64,000 nucleotides of DNA, taken from the NCBI GenBank assembly GCA_965112155.1, contig OZ218103.1; one strand, written 5' to 3'. The stretch's first letter is position 1. Each line of letters begins with the position of its first letter. Of this stretch, positions 50,697 to 60,065 are shown piece after piece. The translations under genes and the position numbers were made by a program. The notes beneath the pieces are model-generated. The model did not search any database. It had not been told where the DNA came from and saw only the letters and a list, made by a program, of their open reading frames with translations. Origin of the DNA: Podarcis liolepis. Taxonomy: Eukaryota.

Positions 50697-50843
50697 AGCT
50701 GGGATAGCTCAGTCAGTAGAGCATGAGACTCTTAATCTTGGGGTTGTGGGTTCGAGCTGCACTTTGGGCAAAAGATGCCTGCATTGCAGGGGGTTGGACT
50801 AGATGACCCTCATGGTCCCTTCCAACTCTACAATTCTGTGATT
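50697..50843 (+). mobile_element. tRNA-Lys(CTT)-headed, CR1-tailed SINE
   Basis: Head GGATAGCTCAGTCAGTAGAGCATGAGACTCTTAATCTTGGGGTTGTGGGTTCGAG (A and B boxes, CTT anticodon) fused to a CR1 3' end (GGGGTTGGACTAGATGACC...CCCTTCCAACTCTACAATTCTGTGATT). Confidence 0.88.
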
Positions 50844-51445
50844 TGGTGACAGTGTGAAGCTTTTTTGTGGCTTGATCTTCTCCTGCTAAACAATGCTTTA
50901 GTGTTGCATCTGAAACAGGCCAATTAATTTGCTTTCTGAACCTTTCTCAGCCAGTAATGATTAGCATTTATTCAGCTGAACTTTACATTCTAGGTATATA
51001 TGAATGCAGCACTCACAAATGAATTGTCTTTTCATCACTATATGAGATCCCCTTTGCAGAGATACATACTCCTAGTTCATAGTTGTGATGTTTACTTGAT
51101 CTGGTGCTAAAGTCAAGTAATGATCATCCTGTCACCACTTACGTTAACAGATGGGTGGTAGATTCTGTACCAGCTTCCAAACAGCCTTTGAAAGCAGCTC
51201 CATGTAAACATCCTTGCAATAATCCAATTTATGAAGCTTGAAAGCTTTTGTTCCAGCTGCTTAAACCAGATGCAGCCGATACTGAGCATGGGGGTCCACT
51301 GTGGCTTGCTTCTGAAGTCCTAAGAATACCCACAGATCTCCTTTTTGAAGGAGAGCAAATAAGCATTTAAGCTTTTTGACTGGCCAATTGTATAAAATAC
51401 GTTTTCTGGAGGGAATTCTATATAAGACTGTGAGTAATCTTGAAC

Positions 51446-51671
51446 ACTGCAACGGGGTGAGCTCTCGTTCGGTCCCAGCTTCTGCCCACCTAGCAGTTCG
51501 AAAGCCCGTCAAAGTGCAAGTAGATAAATAGGTACCTCTCTGGTGGGAAGGCAAAAAGTGTTTCATGCTGGCCACATGACCTGGAAGCTGTCTTGGCCTA
51601 TAGAGCGAGATGAGCATGCAACCCCAGAGGAGTCCACGACTGGACCTAACGGTCAGGGGTACCTTTACCTT
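51446..51671 (+). mobile_element. Sauria SINE, 5'-truncated and internally deleted
   Basis: (ACCTTT)2 tail; perfect 11-bp TSD TAATCTTGAAC at 51435-51445 and 51672-51682. Confidence 0.92.
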
Positions 51672-51808
51672 TAATCTTGAACTGGCTGAAAGATGCTGGA
51701 AGTAAAATCGCCTTTCACCCACAGCTAGTTGGATTCTGGGCATTGCACTGATTCTGCCTCTGGCTGATTTTAAAAAAAAAGTTCTATGAATTGCTCACAT
51801 TATAAAAT

Positions 51809-52152
51809 TACCAAACTTAAAACCATGGAGAGACCTGGTCTGAACAAAGACATTGGATTCTTATCTCATTATACATGACTAAGCCATTTTTCACCTTCTC
51901 ACCCCTTGCCTTTTCCTGTAAGACCTATTGCAGTCGTTAAGAGTCGTCAACAGGCTCATCTCAGCTATTTGCCAATCTCCCATTCCCACCACCCTTCTGA
52001 GTAATACCCCTCCCCACCTTCTCACTATATAGAAGGATCTGGCAACTTCTGTTTCAGTGTATCTGAAGAAGTGTGCATGCACACGAAAGCTCATACCAAG
52101 AACTAACTTAGTTGGTCTTTAAGGTGCTACTGGAAGGATTTTTTTTATTTTT
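51809..52152 (+). mobile_element. 5'-truncated Penelope-like retroelement (ORF end plus pseudo-LTR segment)
   Basis: ITKLKTMERPGLNKDIGFLSHYT* (51807-51878) resembles the GLN-containing end of PLE GIY-YIG ORFs; CTGAAGAAG..CGAAAGCTC motif; 10-bp flanking direct repeat ATTATAAAAT at 51799-51808 and 52153-52162. Confidence 0.8.
52059..52096 (+). ncRNA. Minimal type I hammerhead ribozyme-like motif
   Basis: GUAU-CUGAAGA-A-GUGUGC AU GCACAC-GAAA-GC-UC-AUAC: stem I GUAU/AUAC, core boxes CUGANGA and GAAA, palindromic stem II, UH site. Confidence 0.65.
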
Positions 52153-52755
52153 ATTATAAAATATCACAGTGGTGCACAGAGAACTTGTATTCTATTTCCT
52201 TGCCATTATCTAATGCTTAAATTTTAGTAAGTAAAGAGCTTTTCATGAAGACAGCACACACCTCTTCATTCTTCAAGGAAAGTCCCCTTGCAGAACCTGT
52301 TTGGAACTACTCAATACTCAGGGCTGTGCTGAAGTAGTAATTTTCCCAGGACATCAAATTTTAAAGCTGTAGGATTACTTTTAGTGATCAGGTGGAAAAT
52401 GTGGGTTTCTTTTTAATACTTGGACTTTCTAAAGTGTTTTACTTGGCTTAGAAAACGCTATTGAAAGGAGCTTTCCTCCATCATTGAATATTGGTAGTTG
52501 CATACATTTGTTTTACATGGGTTTTGTTTGGATTATTGGCTGTTTTGTTGCTGATCTAATTCTGAAACCTGGCTCTTATATACAGTGTCTTAATTTTAGA
52601 ATTACTAACACATTACCTTGTTTTTTTACATTTTAATATAATTATATTTCTCATGTTTTTATCTTACATTGTTTTTAACTCCACATGTAATACTTAATAT
52701 ATTTTATTGTGTTTTATGTGTTTTCTTTTTATCTTCTCTACTGGTCATTGACTTA

Positions 52756-52784
52756 AACAAACAAACAAACAAACAAACAAACAA
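52756..52784. repeat. (AAAC)7 microsatellite
   Basis: Read directly; ends about 35 nt upstream of exon 15. Confidence 0.95.
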
Positions 52785-52818
52785 TATGAATCTTATTCAT
52801 GTCTGCCATTTGTTGCAG

Positions 52819-52899
52819 TGACTGGAGCTAGCTTCTTTGTGTTCAGTGGAGCTCTAAAGTCTTCTTCAGGCTATCTGGCAAAGTCCAGCATTGTAGAAG
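52819..52899 (+). CDS. ZFYVE9: ZFYVE9 exon 15
   Basis: [26 protein letters not shown]; 81 nt. Confidence 0.96.
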
Positions 52900-53600
52900 G
52901 TAAGTTTTGAGTCACCTTTCACCATGTACACTACTTTCTTCTTGGTTAAATGTAACAGTGCTTCGGTGGTAGTTAGAACTTACCCTTGTTTACAAAAGGT
53001 ATTGCTATTTTTAAACTAAGTATTGGGTTCTTAGAATTTTAGACCAAGAGACAAGCTTAAATAAACAAAAAAGAGGAATGTACTGACTCCTGTGCTTATA
53101 GTACCAGACGGTGGTGGAAAACTGAATGTGGATAATGTGATTTTTTTTTTTTAAGGAGTGAAAATGTCTGTGAGGATTTTAACACTAAAACAGGAATATA
53201 GATTATAGATAAGTAGTAGTTATGAAAAAGGCTCTTTTAAAGTTAATTTGTACTCCTGCTGTCAATACCAATTATATTGTGTATATATAATTTCTGTAAA
53301 CTGCTTTTTTCTTATGAAATGGCAATATAGAAGTAATTTAAAACAAATAAATAATGAAATAAAACACCTGATGTTTCAGCTTAGGCTAATTTTGTATAAT
53401 GTGCGCACAATGTAGCACACAGAGTACATCCTGGAATGTTTTCTTTTGGAGGGTGTGTGTGTTGGAGATTGGGATTGTGCTGTCCTATCCAGGCTTTGAT
53501 TCCATTTTTATACCAAGGCCTAATCTAAATAATTTTATGCCTTGATTTTTGTAGTGTATGGATTGTGCGGGCTGCACTGTCTACATATAAACCCCTAGGC

Positions 53601-53931
53601 CAGGGGTCTGCAACCTTTAAGACAAAAAGAGCCACTTGGACCCGTTTTCGAAGAAAAAAAAACTGGGAGCCGCAAAACCATTGTGACATTTAAAACAAAT
53701 ATATCTCCGGAGCCACGATCTGACAGTGGGTGGGAAGGTGACGTTGGGACGGTGCGTGACTAACGCACGCACCACCCCCATGCGACATCACAGCCAGTAC
53801 AGCGCCCGCCACAGTGGGGAGTGTCGGGGCGCACAATGCGCCTCCTCCCCTTGCTAGTATCCGCCCCGGAGCCGCGGCAAAGGTGTAAAAGAGCCACATG
53901 CGGCTCCGGAGCCGCGGGTTGCAGACCCCTG
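53601..53931. mobile_element. Young hAT (Charlie-like) MITE
   Basis: Perfect 15-bp TIR CAGGGGTCTGCAACC; perfect 8-bp TSD CCCTAGGC; many intact CpGs. Confidence 0.93.
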
Positions 53932-54108
53932 CCCTAGGCAAATCTGCAATCCAGGGCTCAGGATTCCACCCACCTCCTATTAGCAAGTGTATGTTCAAAT
54001 GTTTGGTTTAGGACTTGGATGTTTGCAGCATGAATCCACCGTACATTTGTTCTCTGGTTAAGAATACAGCTGTGGGCTGTTGTCCTGATTATGTCTTGTC
54101 CTACCTAG

Positions 54109-54271
54109 ATGGAGTCATGGTCCAGATAACGGCTGAAAATATGGACTCCCTAAGGCAGGCTCTGAGGGAGATGAAAGACTTCACTATTGCCTGTGGTAAA
54201 GTGGATGCCGAAGAGCCTCAAGAACATGTGCACATTCAGTGGGTGGATGATGACAAAAACTTCAACAAGGG
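54109..54271 (+). CDS. ZFYVE9: ZFYVE9 exon 16
   Basis: [30 protein letters not shown]...[10 protein letters not shown]; 163 nt. Confidence 0.96.
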
Positions 54272-56144
54272 GTAAATATAGGGGTATTTTCTTGATATTA
54301 AATGAGCTTGTTTGGTTTTATATGCTTTCTTGGTAAGGAAAAGATGGCACATTCATCTGCCTGTTTGCATGGAGTGCATGTTCATATTCCAGGAGGTGAT
54401 ATTCTTAAGGGGTATGAACTAGCACCTTCAAATTAATTAGCAGAGGGTGTTAGCTGATCTGACTCCCCAGAGGTGTTTTTTATTTTAAAAAAGCCTGATG
54501 CTAAGGCCAGATGTCTCACGAATTAATTTATCATATGTATATCTTGCTATACAACATCACTTGAACACTTATTGAAGGTTAATGCTATAGGAACCAAGCT
54601 ACCCCTTACAACTTGCATGAGAGATTAAAGTATGTACTACATGAATATCTTTGGTGTTTGAAATTTGTGTATGCACCATCTTTTGAGATGAATGCACAGG
54701 CATTGTGTCGACACACTGAGGGAAATCGCAGCAGCTGGTGCTTTCTGTCAGCATGTGTGTGAGTGTGCAAGGAGACGACATATCCTTTGTTGTCTTAAAA
54801 TAATTGCTGTAAAGAAATAGATAAGGTATGTTGAACCACCGACGTAAGATAGGTGCACGGGATGTTAACAGCTCTAACTGCATTTTATGCTTCCACATAT
54901 GGTGGCAATTACTTTTCAGTTGCAGAGGTTAACACACTGTTTGTTGTGTTAACTGTGTTACAGTTATTATGCTTCCCTAGACTGTCTTCATGCTTTTCTG
55001 TGTAATGCAGTAGTAGAATGTGCTACATCCCCCTGCTGCAGGGACATTAATTCAAAGAGGCATTTATTCAGGATGCTGCCGTTGTAGTAGTATTCCAGAT
55101 GACTTCCTGGGGTGTTCTGTGGTTTCACACAGACAATTATTTTTGTAGGTTGATGGGAGCAGCTTCCTGTTTACCTTTACAGTGGCATTAGCCTTAATCT
55201 TGCTTCAGTAGCTTGATGATTACCAAAACGAAAAAGGGAAGAGCTTTGCTATCGTGTGAAAAAGACTTCTGCATTAAAACAAACACTAAATGTTTACACT
55301 AAATAGTGGGGAACCTTAGGTCTGGGGGCAGAATATAGCCCTCCAGACCCCTTGTATCATCCTCCCACCCCATCCTCCCTGCTCCATGTATTCTTTGAGT
55401 GTTTTTGTCTGGCTTGAATGTGTCCTTGAATTGTTATGTCTTTCGTTTGCCTGCATTGAGAGATGTTGAGGGGAAAGGGTGTAGAAACCTTTCACATTTG
55501 TGCAGTAAGTTACATTCCAGTTGCTCCTAAAGGTAAGACACATCTCCTGCCCCACCCACCACTGACACGCCTCTCACGAGAAAATGCAGTTGTCTGCTTG
55601 GAAAAAATTCTGTGCCCTCGCAGCCATACATTGTCCAAAGTGTTGAAATGTTAGGGTATTTATATGGGGACAAAGACAGCTTTGAACTGTGTTTTTCTTT
55701 TTAAAAGGTTTCATAAGTATTCAGATGGTTATCTATTTACTGTATAGAGATGGGACCTTAGAAGTAATTTAGTCCAACTCTCTGGCAGCATCCCTGCCAG
55801 TACACCATTAAGCTCTGCTTCAGTACCATACACATGCTTTGCAACTGTACCGATCATATTTCTGGCTTTGGCTTTTCTGTGGTACAACTGGAAGCACTGT
55901 TAACATGTGCAAAATTGATTTGACCAGAAATGGTGGTAACAAAAACGTGTATACAGAAGGCTCTCTCATACTACTTTGTGTGTCTGCACACAGTCCATTT
56001 AACTGCTTGTGGTGTTCTATTGCAATCTCCCCAACATATATGAAATTGTCTTGATGAAGGGACTTATTTTTCTGCATAGTCTTCTGATCTGGGTCTGTAT
56101 TCTTAAATTCTGCTAACAAAAGTTTCTTACTTCCTCCTTTCTAG

Positions 56145-56250
56145 AGTTGTAAGTCCCATTGATGGAAAATCAATGGAGTCTATCACAAGCGTGAAAATAT
56201 TCCATGGCTCAGAGTATAAAGCAAATGGGAAGGTCATTAGGTGGACAGAG
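56145..56250 (+). CDS. ZFYVE9: ZFYVE9 exon 17
   Basis: VVSPIDGKSMESITSVKIFHGSEYKANGKVIRWTE; 106 nt. Confidence 0.96.
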
Positions 56251-56852
56251 GTGAGGAAGCAAAACTGTTTTTGTATGTTAATGCAGAAGTATTGCTTGAT
56301 TTGGGGTGGGGGGGAAAGCCATGTTAGCCCTCACCAAATACTCTGGTTGAATGCAAATGTGTTCCTTTTTATATAGCCCAGGCTGAGACTCATTGTGTGG
56401 GTTCTACTATACATGTCCTTGAATATAGCTTTGGCACTTAGCTCTGAAGGATATATAGTACACTACTGTATAGAAGGTATCCTAGAAAAGGCTCTTGATA
56501 CATTTATTGGCAGTCCATCTACCCTAATTATTCTGGCTATTTCTTTCATACTGATGGGATGAGCAGAAACCTGAGGCTGAGTTTTTATTTGTTAAAATGT
56601 AACAAACTTGTAGATTTAATTATCAAGGAGATCTTAAATACTCCGCAGAGATAAAATTCACAGCGATATAAGGACATCTGCCCACCACCATGTCCTATTG
56701 GAAAATGCCCAAATGTTTTCTTCATTGGTTTGGTGCCCTTCTAGGTCTAACTACTTTCCCTCAATTGCCGAAATCCCTGCCATTAACTGGAGTAGAAAGC
56801 TTGCCCTTGTCACAGTGATCTTGAGTTACAAGAATGTTTCCTATATGGTGTT

Positions 56853-56935
56853 TCCTGCTTGGCAGGGGGTTGGACTCGATGGCCCTTGTGGTCTCTTCCA
56901 ACTCTATGATTCTATGATTCTATTCTATGATTCTA
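56853..56935 (+). mobile_element. CR1 LINE 3' end with (ATTCTATG)n tail
   Basis: GGCAGGGGGTTGGACTCGATGGCC...TTCCAACTCTATGATTCTATGATTCT. Confidence 0.85.
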
Positions 56936-56989
56936 ATAGGACGTTATAGTACAGAAATTTAGAGACTGGAAAAATTATGTTTTCTTCAG

Positions 56990-57166
56990 GTTTTCTTTCT
57001 GGAAAATGATGACCAACACAATGGCCTAAGTGACCCTGCTGACCACAGCAGGCTGACTGAGAATGTGGCCAAGGCTTTCTGCCTGGCCTTGTGCCCTCAC
57101 CTGAAGCTTTTGAAGGAAGACGGGATGACCAAGCTGGGTTTACGTGTTACGCTTGATGCTGATCAA
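56990..57166 (+). CDS. ZFYVE9: ZFYVE9 exon 18
   Basis: VFFLENDDQHNGLSDPADHSRLTENVAKAFCLALCPHLKLLKEDGMTKLGLRVTLDADQ; 177 nt. Confidence 0.96.
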
Positions 57167-57691
57167 GTAAGTGAACACATCTTGTGGGGAAAATTCTCTC
57201 CACATCTTTGGCATTGGTAATTAAATAAGCTGGAATCTATTTTGGGGGTGGGGGAGATATGCTTTTTTACAGAATTGCTGCGACCCTAATGTGAAAACAT
57301 GCAGATTGAGGTTACTGTACTATTCATTCCTTGAAAATGATTCTTCTGATTCAGTTGTTAGGTGACACAAGCTCTTCCTGGACCTCACTTCCACTTTTTG
57401 AACTGGAAAGGACCTCCTTTTGCACTGGTTTTTCTGTCTGTTGTATTTCAGAAAGCTGAAAAAAGCCTCTTTTAAACTTCTGAGGGTGATTATTTGAAAA
57501 GCTCAAAGTTCAAGCCTATTGTGGATTATGTTTCATGTAATCTTGAAGGGTTGCTTCAAGATCACAGGGTGGGCCTGCTTACCTGCATTCTTCCATGGAT
57601 AAAATTTTAGAACCTCTTCCGTCATGCTAAGGGATTGCTTTAGTCTCTAGTTTCAAAACAAAATAATATTTTCTCTTTACTTACTTTTTAG

Positions 57692-57853
57692 GTTGGCTAC
57701 CAGGCTGGGAGCAATGGGCAGCCACTGCCTGCTCAGTACATGAATGACCTGGACAGTGCCTTAGTTCCAGTGATTCATGGAGGGGCATGCCAGCTGAGTG
57801 AGGGCCCAGTCATAATGGAGCTTATTTTTTATATTCTGGAAAACATCTCATAA
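57692..57853 (+). CDS. ZFYVE9: ZFYVE9 exon 19, last coding exon
   Basis: VGYQAGSNGQPLPAQYMNDLDSALVPVIHGG...MELIFYILENIS*; TAA at 57851-57853. Summed CDS is 4251 nt = 1416 aa. Confidence 0.96.
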   Translation, partial: VGYQAGSNGQPLPAQYMNDLDSALVPVIHGGACQLSEGPVIMELIFYILENIS

Positions 57854-60065
57854 AGACTTCATTTTCTGTTCAGACCTGTTCCAGCAGCAGCTGTATCTGA
57901 ATCATTTGCACTTTAAAACTGGAAAAATTAAGCTTTTGTTAACACTATTATGAGGGGGTGGGTGCGTGATTGAGAACAGTTGTTCCATAATTCTGAATCG
58001 TCTATGCATTTGTCAACAAACAGGATCAGGGCAGCTTCTAATACTACAAAATGGCTATGCTATCTTTGCAGCTAATACACTTCTGTTACGGATTAGAAAC
58101 AAACAATGGTCATGTTTTAAGACAATTGCAGTCATGTGTTCAATGCTCAAACGGGTGCAGAGATCACTGGGGAGTAAATAAAAGGAAAGGAAATGTAAAC
58201 ATTTCTGATGTTTGTAGATGAACTTATTATGAAGACCTCCATTCTGACCTCACTATACTGCCGCTTATGGTTAATTTCTCTAGACATTGAAATTATCGTT
58301 TACATTATCTTGACCAGATTATTGGTTGAAGTACCTCCAAGACATGTCGGAATATTCTATAGAGATGTACAGAGAAAGAAAGCAGCATGACTGAGGGTAC
58401 CTTCTACGTCTGTCCCAAGCAAAGCAGAATCTCTCTAGAAGCTGTATGTAAATCGCGCTTGCAGTTTTGTGTGTATAAATAGGATAGTTTAACTTTATTT
58501 TTCTTTATTTGTGATAAAACTGTTCCCTAAGCCTGATGACATAGCAAAAATCTGCCCTCGTAAGTTTTGAGAGAGCCTGTCACAGGCGTGAGAATTGTTA
58601 GGCTTAAAAAAAATAAGTTACCATGGAAATTTGTTCTTTTTGTAGTTGGCCCTGGGTTTTTTTTTAGGTAACTTTTTATTTTCCCATTTGGTGTGCATTT
58701 ATCCCCACCATTAAGCCTGCACTTATCTAACACTTTATAGTAGCAGCACTCTGTAAAGCTAGCCTGTGAAAACTGTAATAGTTTGGCTGCTGTTGCATGT
58801 TTTGCTTTCACTTCAGGCTGAGAAGTTTGCACTCTGTCTCACCTAAGACGGCACTTATGAGAAGAACGGCTTGAGCCCTCTCACTGCAGCGTACAAAGCC
58901 GGCAGTGAGAGTAAGCAAAAGAACACGAGCACGTTCCTATTAAATCCGATTTCCATCCCTGAGCAACTGATAGCCCTGTGGAAAGAGCTGTGTCCACATA
59001 AGAGAGAAAGCAAACCTAAGCTTCAACAAGACACAGGCTGCTGTTATTCAAGGCTGGCCACCCCCCCCCCATGGGTAAGAGTCTCTGGCCTTTTAAAGAG
59101 CAATCTAAAATTGGAGCAGCATGGGCAAAATGGTGAGCATTCAAGGGTAAGGTGGGGACAGCAGTTGCTCCAAGCCTGTCTAGAAATTATTTTTTAAAAG
59201 CAAACATATAGCAGTGAGAGCTGTAATAGTTAACTTTCCTCTGTGGGTAGGAAATCATAGTTGAGCCAGGTGCTACTGCTTGCCTAAGATTAGTAATAAC
59301 AAAAAAGCCCTCCTAGTACAACCTATGTAAACTGCAACTAGAACATAAGGAAGACAAGGCATTAGAACTAGACCCCAAATTAAATGGCTGGAGAAGTTAA
59401 CCCCAGCTGAATACAAACACTTCTACTGAATTTATTAATGGTGGGCCATATGCTATGAAGACAGTTTAATTCTTAGCCCATGCTGAACCTGAAAAGAACT
59501 CAGGTGCTGAATATTCTGCCCTGGGAGACAGGGTGGGCATAAAGAGGCTCCTTTGCAGAAGGGCCTTACATTTCCTGCTCTTTCTTTTCCTTGCATATAA
59601 AAAGTTGCTTTTAAATTTTACTTCCTTCTGTGACAACGTTCAATTTGACAGACGGAAGCTCAACTCTATTTAGATTTTACATGGCTGCAGTAGATTCCTA
59701 CTTCAAGAGATGGCATTCCAATTTCACCACAGAAGTAGCTTTTTCAATAACTTTGTTTTGCTATTAAACTTACTGATAGAGGGAAAATACTGACTTTTCC
59801 TTCCTCCTTTCCCCCCTGCAGAAAACCATTTGTTTGGGTTATGTTTGTGCAAAATGCTATTGACTGACTGGTTTGCTTCAACCATAGCCTTTAAAATGAC
59901 CTTAAAATTTACCATATTGTTAAGAAATGAGTACTTGTTTAAAGAGAAAAATGTACTTTTAAAATTCAGTTACACTGCAAAAGACTGCATATTATATTTT
60001 TATTTTCAACATGTAGTTTTGTATATTAAATTTATTAAAATTAAAAACTGAATATTGTATTGTCT
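57854..60065 (+). other. ZFYVE9: ZFYVE9 3' UTR (end inferred)
   Basis: Nearly repeat-free sequence after the stop; three ATTAAA hexamers at 60025, 60034 and 60040 preceded by TGTA elements. Confidence 0.55.
57905..57915 (+). promoter_or_regulatory. Overlapping miRNA seed sites TTTGCACTTTA (miR-19, miR-130/301, miR-17 families)
   Basis: TTTGCAC, TTGCACT and GCACTTTA are the complements of the respective seeds. Confidence 0.65.

Noticed and set aside
50697-50770. Apparent tRNA-Lys(CTT) gene
   Set aside because: The acceptor and T stems are broken and it is fused to a CR1 tail; it is a SINE head with a second copy at 17879.
51261-51743. 160-aa ORF and similar ORFs containing TCFRTAR/GSYLSTCT
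   Set aside because: These are antisense translations of Sauria SINE copies.
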